Of a stretch of 64,000 nucleotides of DNA, positions 1 through 11,961 are shown in pieces. Within the stretch, counting starts at the first letter, position 1. Each line of letters opens with the position of its first letter. This DNA is from Octopus vulgaris (taxonomy: Eukaryota). Under the pieces are notes generated by a model. It made no database searches and was not told the DNA's origin. It saw nothing but the letters and a program-made list of their open reading frames with translations. A program made the translations under genes and the position numbers. The stretch lies in the NCBI GenBank assembly GCA_951406725.2, contig OX597814.1, positions 49,910,001-49,974,000 of the forward strand, read 5' to 3'.

Positions 1-89
<89 letters not shown>

Positions 90-124
90 TATACACATAT
101 ATACATATGTACATATATACATAC
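1..124. repeat. (AT)n microsatellite decaying into (ATAC)
   Basis: Directly visible dinucleotide run. Confidence 0.98.
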
Positions 125-1372
125 GGTACAGAAGTCGTTTAAATCACCCCCTTGTTCGGGTTCTTTCTCAAGAGGAACGCAACTAACCCGCCTCTTTTTG
201 GAAGACTGGACATTCTCCTCCTCTGCTTCCATTTGTAGTAGACATCTGCAAGAAATCCGGAACAGGCTTGGCTTATGAAGATAAAGTTAGAGGGTAGACC
301 TCCAGCCCTGGCAACATATCTCTTGTATTGTCATCCATCGCTTCCCATATTTCACCAGCTGTCATCAACCTTTCGCAGATCGCGACATCCCTATCCGAGA
401 GCGGTAGCAAGCTGTCGCGGTAGGTTTAAAGTCCACCTCCATCTTCGCTTCACCGTCCGTCCCCAACAGTAAAATGAAGTGCTATTGAGAAGCCGCACTC
501 ATCTGCTTGGAATCGAGTAGCAGTCATCCATCCCGATTTGTCAAAGACCAAATTGTGATTGTATAGCCTCGAGGTGCTTCCACCAACTGGGTTCATCGAA
601 CAGCTTTATTCCCCTCATTCTTACAATCACGCACACCAGCTCTGACAGCAAAATCTTTGTGCTTACCGTAGAAGAATCTATCAAGGGCCAACCTCACCGC
701 AAGCACGTCAGTCGCAGTACCTTTATTAAGTTTCTCTTGCAAGCTACAAAATAGCCTTCCTATTCACGAATTCGCCTTCATTATTCTCTCACTAAACCTT
801 ATCAATTCTACTCTAATATCCCATTTCGTTGGTTGTTGACGGTTGCGCCCGACAATTCCCTTGTAACTAGTCCTCTAATCAGGTTTTTGTAAACTTGGCG
901 CGCAGGGGGAGATGGTGTTGCTGATGCTGCGATGTAGGAATAACTGTTTTTGTTCTTTTATTGCTAGAAGACCAAAAGCCTTTTGTTAGTTAGTACTTCT
1001 ACAAATGTAACACCTGCCCCTCTTACCGTCTACCATAACTCATAGAAGGTCCCCATTCTCTAGGTGAAAGTATTCAGGGATCCATATAATATTTTATGAA
1101 GTGAATAAAATCTGCACTTCTCTTTTTAGAACGGACTAGTTTTGTGCGGGTTGTTCTCGTACTAATGACCTCTTAGTACTCCACCTAGGTCATTCTAAAG
1201 TACTTAATATATTAATTTCAGGTCACATCGCTTAATGTCGCCTTACTTATTTGTTTCTTTGAACGAGATGGTAAGAGTATATACTCCAGACAGGAGCAGC
1301 TGCGTGCGGCTACTTTTATTGCCTATTCTTCGTTATGGCAAGATGCTACCACCGTTGTCTTCATCTTCAAAC

Positions 1373-1518
1373 ATACCGTATTGAACTCACAAGCTCTTCA
1401 TGTGCCTCTCTGTTTATGCTAGTGGAGGGCAATTCTATATTTTCTATTTATAAAAAAAATACTCTACACCAGCATAAACAGAGAAGTGCGTGAAAGGCTT
1501 GAGGGTTCGATACTGTAT
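1373..1518. repeat. Imperfect inverted repeat, ~59-bp arms, ~28-nt A/T spacer
   Basis: 1373-1431 ataccgtattgaac...tctctgtttatgctagtggagggca matches the reverse complement of 1460-1518 tactctacaccagcataaacagaga...gttcgatactgtat. Confidence 0.85.
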
Positions 1519-1543
1519 TTTTCGTCTACATTTTCTGTTTACA

Positions 1544-1799
1544 GAAGGCACATAGCTCAGTGGTTAGAACATCGGGCTTACAATCATGAGGTAGTGAATT
1601 CGATTCCCGGACCGGACTGCGTGTTTTGTTATTGAGCAAGACACTTTATTTCAGGTTGCTCCAGTTCACTCAGCTGGTGTCAAGTTGTATCGGCCTTTGC
1701 TTTTCCCTTGGATAACATCGGTGGCGTTGAGAGAGGAGGCTGGTGTGCATGGGTGACTCCGTGGTCTTCCATAAACAACCTTTCCCAGACTTGTGCCAC
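1544..1799 (+). mobile_element. tRNA-derived SINE (family C, RTE-like body), 3' end missing
   Basis: A-box tagctcagtggttag, B-box aattcgattcc, then ttgagcaagacactttatttc; body matches the reverse complement of 54406-54744. Confidence 0.85.
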
Positions 1800-2260
1800 A
1801 TGACCGACGTGGATCCTTGTTTTTTTCTTTTCTGTTTTCACATCTATAAGTAATAGTTCTAATTTTCTTTTCCACTCCTTTGGATGCACAACTAGCTTCT
1901 GCTCCATGTTGTCAGCCACGTAATTCAATCCAGGTCTGCATTACATTAGCAAATTCATCTTTTTTTGTGTTTATGGTAACAGATGAGTTGCTGTTGTTAT
2001 TAGTGATGCTTTTTTTTCTGTTGCTGCTGTTATTGTTGCTCTTGTTTTTCTCCTCGTTGTTATTAGGGGATGGCATCAGTCTTGTTAATTTTGTTTTCGC
2101 AGTTGGTTTTGTTGTGGCTGGTGTTATTTGTGTTAATGTTTTTCATGTTAAAGCTTAGGAAGAGACACAGTGGGTGTCTTCTTAGGCTTGGCTTCAGCAG
2201 TTATTATGTCACATTCATTATTAGCAGATGTGGCAGTTGGTTTGTTCAAAGATAGAGAAG
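1800..2260 (-). pseudogene. Possible degenerate L1/Tx1-type ORF1 N-terminal fragment
   Basis: Minus strand gives a low-complexity N/T/K stretch followed, across frameshifts, by ...RQHGAEASCASKGVEKKIRTITYRCE...KKTRIHVGHV, reminiscent of Tx1-type ORF1; recognition from memory only. Confidence 0.35.
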
Positions 2261-3067
2261 GAAGGAATATAAATAATTCTCCTAAACTCAGTGCTTTAAT
2301 TCTACTTTCGACGTTCTAGAAAGGTATCCAAAATAATGCGAAGATTTTTTGTTTTTTGGAAAGACTAAAACGGTCCTTTCCGTGCTTGAAAAGTGAGAGC
2401 GACTATTTCAATAATTGCTCAGTTACTCGTAGGAAGCAAATTTTAGACGGCCTAGTTGGAAAAGTGAAGAGAATTTCCAAAGAGGACACTCAGCATAAAC
2501 TCAGCGTAGATTTCACGTGTACTGCCATTTAAAAAAAATTCCCTCAAAATTGCAGTATTCGTGCAATATGCACGGTTTCACACTTTTATTTTGTAGGTCA
2601 CTATAACATTGTTTCATTCAGTTCATGGTTCTTATGAGAATGAAGTAGACAACGAATTACGTTTATGGAATATTAGGAGGTAAGTTGTAGTGTTTAAATT
2701 CTGGATTTCTGTAATAGTAATGTGATCTATCGTTCAATTCTGTTATTCAACTGGAATTAGTTGTTTCTTACAGACTGTAAATGCACGCTCGTCAACCTTC
2801 AACTATATATGACTAAATGTTGTTGAAAAATATTTCCTGTTGTGTAAATGAGACTTACGCATCTCTCTATGCAAGGCGATGACAGTAGAAATCTTACATT
2901 GTCACCTTATTTCGAACACGAGTTCCTTATTCTTCAGCATGTCGCATATCTTTGTGTCACCCAAGTGCAACACTGATGAGAAAGATAACTAGATACTGAA
3001 ATACCTCCATATCCTACTATTTTCTCATGAAAGTAAAACTGTTTCTCTTGTCAAAAGTGACGGTGAA

Positions 3068-3144
<77 letters not shown>

Positions 3145-3148
<4 letters not shown>

Positions 3149-4008
3149 TATGTATGTATTTTCTTTCTAAGTATAATCAATGATGATGAGATGTCAACGA
3201 TATTAGCACAAATTAAATATAATTTGTATAGTACAGTAATTATATTAAATTTTATAACTAATGAATCAGTAATATTTTTCACTGTAAAAAAAAATTTGAT
3301 AATATAGAAATAGCTTCGAATACTTAAACTTGAAATTGAGAAGTGTTGTTGAAAATGCTTCCCTTAATTTTTATGTATCTAATTTTAAACTTATCTGGAA
3401 GCTTGTACTTTTCCAGTTGTATGGTATATATATTCTTTTATTTTTTTTATTTGTTTCAGTCATTTGATTGCAGCCATGCTGGAGCACCGCCTTAAAGAGT
3501 ATTTTAGTCAGAGAATGTTACGGGGACGTAAACACACCAACACCAATTGTTAAGCGATAGTGTGTGTGTGTCTGTGTGTGTATGTGGGAAGCAAACACAG
3601 ATACAAGGGGACACACACACACACACATATATATTTATGTGTGTATGTTCTTGTATCTGTGCTCCAGCATGACGGCAGTCAAATGACTGAAAGAAGTAAA
3701 AAATAAAAGAATATATATATATATATATATATACCTGGAAAAGTACAAGCTTCCAGATAAGTTTAAACTTAAATACATCAAAAATTAAGGGAAGCATTAG
3801 TTTTGTCTTTCAACAACACTTCTCAATTTCATACTCGAAGCTAGTTTTATATTATCAAAATTTTTTTATACTGTGAAAAATATTGCTGATTCATTATTTA
3901 TAAAATTTAATATAATTACTGTACTATACAAATTATATTTAATTTGTGCTAATATCGTTGACATCTCATCATCATTGTTTATACTTAGAAAGAAAATACA
4001 TATATACA
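3145..4008. repeat. Fold-back inverted duplication, ~340-bp arms around a ~170-bp SINE-derived spacer
   Basis: 3145-3487 (tgtattttctttctaagtat...ccatgctggagca) matches the reverse complement of 3660-4008 with a few substitutions and two ~10-bp indels. Confidence 0.92.
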
Positions 4009-4024
4009 CATACAAATATATATA

Positions 4025-5275
4025 CAGAGGTTGGACAAAATAATGGAAACACCTAGCATCATAATTTTGAAATATCTATAAAACCATCAAAAGCTTGTTT
4101 ATTTTTATGTTTTTGATTTATTATTAGTGTTGCTTAATATGTTTTACTAAAATTGCTTTTCTTTTCAGATATTATCAGAAAAAGGTAATTAAAATTCATT
4201 AAAACGACAGATCTATCGAACTTTCAAAGAGGTCAAATTGTTGGTGCTCGTATGGCAGGCGCTAGCGTAACGAAAACAGCCGAAATGTTTGGTGTATCAA
4301 GAAGTATTGGCTCGAAGGTAATGATAGCCTTTGAGAAAGAGGGAAATAACCTCGTCGAAACAAAACCCTGTAAGAAAACCAAAACTTTCAGGTAGGGACC
4401 GTCGGAACCTTACGTGAATTGTTAGAAAGGATCACAAAAGTACAACTCTCCAAATTACTGCAGAGCTTAATAACCACCTCGAGAATCCAGTTTCCACGAA
4501 AAATGTTCGCCGGGAGCTGCACAAAGCCAAATTTCACGGGAGAGCTGCAATCAGAAAAGCACTACTTTAAAAAACAAACGTTGCAAAGCATTTAGAGAAT
4601 TGGTCCCTAGAACAGTGGAAGAATGTTATTTTCTCGGACGAGTCATCCTTTACCTTATTTCCGACCACCGGCCGAGTATACGTGTGGAGACAGCCAAAAG
4701 AAGCATTTGACCGAGACTGCCTTCTTCCAACTGTTAAACATGGAGGAGGATATCTGATGATCTGGCGGTGAGGTGAGGTGATGGGGGGCTATATCTTGTA
4801 AATCCGCTGGCCCAATGCTTTTCTTTCATGGCAGAATTAATAGTGAAGAATATTTAAGCAATTTATCTGATCAAATTCATTCTACGGTTGCGGAACTGTT
4901 TCCGGAGGGAAACATAATCTTCCAGGGTGATAATGCACCAATTCACATAGCTAAAGTTGTTACTGAACGGCACACGGAACATTCTAGTGAAGTTGAATAT
5001 CTTATCTGGCTACCACAGTCCCCAGATCTCAATGTTATTGAACTGTTATGGTGCAGTTTAGAAAAACAAGTCAGGAGTTGATATCCTCCACCATCATCAC
5101 TACAAGAACTGGAGACTGTTTCAGCTGAAGAATGGACAAATATTCCTTTGGAAACAATTCAAACTTTGCCCGAGTCCATATCTCGTAGAATTCAAGCTGT
5201 AATTACTGCCAAAGGCAGTGCTACCCCATTTAAAAATAAATTTGTTTGAAATTTTTAGGTGTTTCCATTATTTTG

Positions 5276-5276
<1 letters not shown>
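4025..5276 (+). mobile_element. Tc1-like DNA transposon with DD36E spacing (Incomer-like), defective transposase ~4205-5240
   Basis: TA + TIR cagaggttggacaaaataatggaaacacct; partial right TIR aggtgtttccattattttgt; translation TDLSNFQRGQIVGARMAGASVTKTAEMFGVSR, VIFSDESSF, FQGDNAPIH, SPDLNVIE; 36 residues between second D and E; frameshifts and stops. Confidence 0.95.
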
Positions 5277-5326
<50 letters not shown>

Positions 5327-5605
5327 CAGGAGTGGCTGTGTGGTAAGTATCTTGCTAACCAACCACATGGTTCCGGGTTCAGTCTCACTGCGTGACATCT
5401 TGGGTAAGTGTCTTCTGCTATAGCCCCGGGCCGACCAATGCCTTGTGAGTGGATTTGGTAGACGGAAACTGAAAGAAGCCTGTCGTATATATGTATATAT
5501 ATGTTTAACCCTAATGTTCTTATGTAGTGTTTTAATAAAGTATATGATTGGGTATTATCTGGTAGTTGATAAATGATTTAGATGTATTTCTCCATTTTCT
5601 TATTT

Positions 5606-5679
<74 letters not shown>

Positions 5680-5872
5680 TGTGTCTGTGTTTGTCCCCCT
5701 AGCATTGCTTGACAACCGATGCTGGTGTGTTTACGTCCCCGTCACTTAACGGTTCGGCAAAACAGACCGATAGAATAAGTACTGGGTTTACAAAGAATAA
5801 GTCCCGGGGTCTATTTGCTCGACTAAAGGCGGTGCTCCAGCATGGCTGCAGTCAAATGACTGAAACAAGTAA
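5327..5872 (+). mobile_element. tRNA-derived SINE (family A) with internal microsatellite
   Basis: Head caggagtggctgtgtggtaag...ggttccgggttcagtc; internal (TA)/(TG) tract; tail gctccagcatggctgcagtcaaatgactgaaacaagtaa; multiple other copies in the window. Confidence 0.9.
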
Positions 5873-5949
5873 TATATATTTCTCTCTCTCTCTCTCTCTG
5901 TATATATATATATATATTATATACACACATATGTCTGGGTATGTTGTGT

Positions 5950-6245
5950 GTGAAAGCGGTGGGTTAGTCGTTAAGGTATTCGGCTCATCATCGTAAGGGG
6001 GCATGTGGTGTCTCTTGAGCAAGACACTTTATTTCCCACTGCTTGCTTCAGACCACTTAGTTGGTAAAAATGGGTTTTACATGTAATTCAAAAGGCCTGC
6101 ATAGTCACATTCTATGTCACGCTGAATCTCCCTGGCAACTAAGTTAATGGTACGTATGTCGGTGAAGTGCTCAGTCACTTGTACGTTAATTTCACGAGCA
6201 GGCTGTTCTGTTGATCGGATCAACTGGAACACTCTTCGTCGTACA
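5950..6245 (+). mobile_element. Degenerate tRNA-derived SINE (family-C-like head, different body)
   Basis: gtgaaagcggtgggttagtcgttaagg head and cttgagcaagacactttatttc core shared with 1544-1799. Confidence 0.65.
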
Positions 6246-6279
6246 AAGTGCAAGCTAAATATACATACGTACACGCATG

Positions 6280-6322
<43 letters not shown>

Positions 6323-6345
6323 GCAGACACACATACACAGACACA

Positions 6346-6709
6346 GAGCCTTTAATCGAGCAAATGAACCCCAGGACTTATTCTTTGCAAGCCTAGTACT
6401 TATTCTATCGGTGTCTCTTGCCGAACCGCTAAGTTACGGGGACTAAACGCCCCAGCTTTGGTTGTCAAGCGATGTTGGGGGGACAAACACAAACCTACAC
6501 ACACACACACACACATACACATATATAAATATATATATATATATAGAGAGAGGGCTTCTTTCAGTTTCCGTCTACCAAATCCACTCAAAAGGTATTGGTC
6601 AGCCCGATGCTATAGTAGGAGACACTTGCTCAAGGTGCCACGTAGTGGGAATGAAACCGGAAGCATGTGGCTAGTAAGCAAGCTACGTATCACACAGCCA
6701 CTCCTGCTG

Positions 6710-6710
<1 letters not shown>
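6346..6710 (-). mobile_element. SINE family A, inverted relative to 5327-5872
   Basis: ttctttcagtttccgtctaccaaatccactca...cacacagccactcctg is the reverse complement of the family A head; the tail segment is also present. Confidence 0.88.
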
Positions 6711-6741
<31 letters not shown>

Positions 6742-6889
6742 GAACACACACAGACACACATATACACACACATTATAACTGAGAACATTGATTATTCTAT
6801 CTCTATCTCTATTTCTCTCTCTCCTCCCTATGTATATTTATATACATACACACACATACATACATATGTGTGTGTGTGTGTGTGTTTTG

Positions 6890-7080
6890 GGACGGTGTGC
6901 TGGCTGAATCGTTAGCACACCTGGAAAATGCTTAGCCACATTTCGTCCGTCTTTACGTTCTGGGTTCAAATTCAAGCGAGGTCAATTTTGCCTTTCGAGG
7001 TCGATAAAATAAGTAATTGCTGGGAACTGTTAATCGAATTATCCCCCTCACACGAAATTTCTACCCTTGTGCCAAAATCT
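6890..7080 (+). mobile_element. tRNA-derived SINE (family B)
   Basis: gctggctgaatcgttagcac...tttacgttctgggttcaaattc...gtcgataaaataagta matches copies at 36319, 46790, 59820 and 62691. Confidence 0.85.
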
Positions 7081-7091
7081 TCAACCTATAT

Positions 7092-7311
7092 TTTTATTTG
7101 TTTATTTTTTTTATTTGTTTCAGTCATTTGATTGCAGCCATGCTGGAGCACCGCCTTAAAGAGTCTTTTAGTCAGAGAATGTTACGGGGACGTAAACACA
7201 CCAACACCAATTGTTAAGCGATAGTGTGTGTGTGTGTATGTGGGAAGCAAACACAGATACAAGGGGACACACACACACATATATTTATGTGTGTATGTCC
7301 TTGTATCTGTG
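7092..7311 (-). repeat. Rearranged SINE-A tail segment nearly identical to 3441-3661
   Basis: Both share the same internal deletion junction (ttagtcagagaatgttacggggacg) and the same downstream flank, indicating a local duplication. Confidence 0.85.
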
Positions 7312-7534
7312 TATATAGAAACATATATGTGTGTTGTTCCAGGTAGGGAAGTGCCTTCCACAGCTTCCGATTCACCGAAACATTGTGAATTTGGTAGCGA
7401 CTGTGTGCAAAAACTCGATGTGTGTGTGTGTGTGTGTGTGTGCGCGTACGTATGTACGTATGTTTGTATGTATGTATGTATGTATGTATGTATGTATGTA
7501 TGTATGTATGTATGTATGTATGTATGTGTGTGTG

Positions 7535-7568
<34 letters not shown>

Positions 7569-7734
7569 TGTATGTATGTGAGATGCATTCTAGGTTTGGG
7601 ACTGACTTTTTAGGTTATTGTGATTTTAATATGTCATTACTATACAACTAATAACTGACCTGCCACATCTTAATTCCAGATTGAAGAAGTACACATTGCC
7701 TGTCACAGCTGACTAGTTTGCAGAAGGCAGTGGA

Positions 7735-7960
7735 GACATGAAGACCACTTGGAAGCTCGCTATGCAATAAAGTTAACTGAGCAAAAACGTTACGAAAACT
7801 TATGGAATGTTACAGAGTGTTTATGGATTAACTTGTATGAATCGGGTATCAGTTTCTCGCTGGCACAAAAGGTTCGGGCATGGTAGGGAGGAGATGAGAG
7901 ACGACGAGAGGTGTGGAAAGGAGAGAATATCAAAGCTGTTTGAGAAAATTCGTTGATGAA
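7735..7960 (+). pseudogene. Mariner transposase N-terminal (HTH) relic
   Basis: LEARYAIK...KNVTKTYGMLQSVYGLTCMNRVSVSRWHKRFGHGREEMRDDERCGK across a frameshift. Confidence 0.75.
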
Positions 7961-8254
7961 GACTCGTGTGTTCTAGATGAAGGCTCGCAATTTTCTAGAT
8001 GTAGACTCGGTTTCTTCAAAGAATGATAGGCAACACTTATGAATTACTTTAGGATTACCAAAATTTGTGAGATAAGGGGAAAGGATGACGCCGGCACATT
8101 ATGATATCGAGTTATTTTTAGACGGGAGACATTGTCCGAAATATTGCAACAGAATGGACTGCTTTAGAGGCTGTCAAGGACCACATGTCAGAAATAAATT
8201 GGGTGACGGATGAGGTCTACCACTCATATCAATCTGTCTGTCTGTCTGCATGTT

Positions 8255-8285
<31 letters not shown>

Positions 8286-9119
8286 ATGTATGTATGTATG
8301 TATGTATGTATGTATGTATGTATGTATGTATGTATGTATGTATGTATAGATGGATGGATGGATGAATGTACATATATAATGATTTCGCTTAGCTATAACG
8401 GTACCGAAAATCAATTGCTAGAAGTCCATATACTTATACTTTATAGTATTAGTAAAGTCCGTCACGAAGACTTCATTGAAGCTATAAAGCTCTGAGAAAG
8501 CTATAAGAAGTCGCCCACACACTCAACTTTAGGTGCAACCATACTTATAGCAGAAACAACTATAAGCTAATGAAAGTCAATGCGTAATTCCTGTTCTTTC
8601 GTCATTAATTTATTAATACTTATTCACACGCGCATATAATACGTGTTTGCTCGAGCGTGAATGTGTGTATGTACTTATCTGTTGCATAAATTACTTATTT
8701 ATCAAATATCATAAAATTAAGGAATGGGTAAAAGAGGGCTTGAAAGGGATTTTCCAAAACCCTCACCTGCATAAAAGTGCAGAAAATTGAAATCGGATCG
8801 AGAACTCTAGTCTATGACGCCCCTGAACGAACCAGAAGATATTGATGTAGCTTAATGCTATTTGAAATAAATCCAAAATGTAAAAGACTCCATATGATGT
8901 GTGGTTATAAACTAAGAACTACTCTCTTAAAGAAAATTACTATACTTGCTGCTGAGGTGTTTAAGTTTAGGAAGTATATTCTACTGGAAGTTTCATACAA
9001 TATGCACTGAATCACCAATTGTCTACTAAATGTGTACCAGTGTATATGTGCGTGTGTATATGTATCTGAGGATGAGTGTGACAGTACGAGTATGTGAGGA
9101 TACGTTTGTGAAGATGTGA

Positions 9120-9156
9120 GATTGTGTGTGTATGTCTGCGCGTGTATGTGTGTGTA

Positions 9157-9202
<46 letters not shown>

Positions 9203-9474
9203 TGAATGTGCATTCGCATGTGTGCACGCTTTGGAAACCTATACAAGTATACGTTTGAATGCCTCTCGGTAGGTGTATCTATAAATACATATACATGCAT
9301 ACGTATAGATATACACATTCATACATACCTACATACATACATACATACATACATACATACATACATACATACATACATACATACATACATACATACATAC
9401 ATACATACACACATACATACATACATGCATACATACATACATGCATACATACATACATGCATACATACATAATT

Positions 9475-9523
<49 letters not shown>

Positions 9524-9571
9524 CATACAAGCATACTTATATGTGAGTGTATAAACAGACACACACGCATG

Positions 9572-9610
<39 letters not shown>

Positions 9611-9634
9611 TGTATATATATATATGTATATGTG

Positions 9635-9690
<56 letters not shown>
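9120..9690. repeat. Compound (TG)n/(ATAC)n/(AT)n microsatellites
   Basis: Directly visible; source of many spurious ORFs. Confidence 0.95.
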
Positions 9691-9692
<2 letters not shown>

Positions 9693-10630
9693 CCGCACAC
9701 TTAGACAAATATAACTTTACCTGTATATATGTATACGTCTATAGAATTATCTTCTCTTGCTTGCTGTCCCTCTCCCTTCTTCTTTCTCTCTCTTTCCCTT
9801 TATATATGTCGATATAATTACATATGGATGTGCCTACGTGGCTGTGTATATTACTGTATGCGTATTAGTGTACAACCTGTGTACAGTATGTCAGTATGTG
9901 TATATGTGCATGTGGTAATGCTCTAATGTTCTCTGGCACTTCCCTCGCTCACATCGCAAAACATGTGCTTCTCATTTTGAAGTAAAGTTCTTAGGAAAAA
10001 GCAAAAAGAAATAGAAAGAAAACAGATTGATGAAGAGAAAGTAGAGGAAAAATACCATCCTATAAAATAGTTCTACAGAAAACAATTGCAGATGCCGACT
10101 GTTCGGTGTTTAAAGCGATCCGACTCAAGAATGGTGAGCGAACACGACTTCGTGATGTCTTGATGGCTCCCCTTGGCCACACCTCCCGCTGCTAACCAGG
10201 GTAGCAGGAATATTGTGTGAAGACCAACTGCGGTTTGTCTCCGGTGGATCGTGAGTAAACCAAGAGAAAAATCAACGAACAGCTTTCTGAGGATTCAAAA
10301 AGGACATTTTCGATAAAGTGTTGAGAAAAAGATATGTTTACACTTAACGAGATTACTGAAAATAATGTGAAACGACATGTCACTCTATTGTCGATAGATG
10401 GCGCTAGTTTCTGGCTGAATGCGACACCTGTCTGTGTATCTATATACACGCTTTATATGTATTATTTATGTCTGTGTAAGTACATATACATGTAAATGCA
10501 TGTATGTATGTATGTATGTATGTATGTATTTATGTATGTATGTATGTATGTATGTATGTATATATATACACATAAATACATATATATATATGTATGTATG
10601 TATATATATATATGTACATAAATACATATA

Positions 10631-10666
<36 letters not shown>

Positions 10667-11550
10667 TGTATGCATGTATGTATGTATGTATGCATGTGTG
10701 TGTGTGTATATTATAGATATGCATACAGACAAGCACATACACACACATGTGCGCACACTTTGTAATATAAACTTAGTTACGTAAGTATATAAAGCATTTG
10801 TTTACTTACGTTTACACTTGTTTATATTAAATGCAGTACCGCTAAATTTGAAGATATATCGTGTAGACGGAATTGTATTTGAAATTTGAAAATACACAGG
10901 CGCGCGTACTAACACACAAAGTGACATACATACACACACACATACATACACACGCATATGATTGTGTATATATGTATGTGTATATATATGTATATATATA
11001 TTCATGCGCACAGACATATGTATGTGTATGTATGCATGTATGTATGCCTATATGCAAATATATATAAGAAGTGGAATTTTCACCGTCCTTTACTCCAAGA
11101 TTCACATCCTGCTCAGTAAAAAAATCGTATTTGAAACATGAGCTTCATTGTGAAAAGAAAACATATTGGCATCACCCTCATTCTGTTTGTATGTTGAAAG
11201 AGAAGTATCAATGCTACTGGTTTTTAATCCTATTAGATCTGGTGAAATATCTGGGCCATAAATGTGATCTACTCATTTAGTATTTGTATATGTCCCTTTG
11301 CTGCTGTAGATAACTTAGAACAATTGTCGTGCTGATGACGCCTACTGAGGCAGAAACAATTACCAAAATCTGAATTTTTATCTCGAGACAGTAAGCTTGA
11401 ACCTTTCCGTAATAAAAATGTGAACTTTTAACTAAGTATTCCCCAGATTCTACTTCTATAAGGAATTGGTCTTAATCGCCATTTGATAATTGTGACGCAT
11501 TCTCCCAAGGTAATTTTAATAAATCGCGAATTTATGTTGTATGATATATG

Positions 11551-11578
11551 ATAGACCTGTATTTGCTTATATTATACA

Positions 11579-11616
<38 letters not shown>

Positions 11617-11657
11617 TATGTATATAAATTTAGACCTGTATTTGCTTATATTATACA

Positions 11658-11697
<40 letters not shown>

Positions 11698-11712
11698 TAT
11701 GTATATAAATTT
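11551..11712. repeat. Tandem duplication of ~80-bp unit containing (AT)n
   Basis: tagacctgtatttgcttatattatacaggc(at)n-ggtatgtatataaatt occurs twice head-to-tail. Confidence 0.9.
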
Positions 11713-11887
11713 ATTTATGAAAGCTTTATATTGGAGTCTATATGAGAGCGTCTGTGTGTTTGCACGATGAATTAATGAACACACATACACACACACACAC
11801 ACATATCTACACACATACACAAACACTTATATGTTATATCATACATATATACTTATACATTTATACTTACACACACACATATATATG

Positions 11888-11957
<70 letters not shown>

Positions 11958-11961
<4 letters not shown>

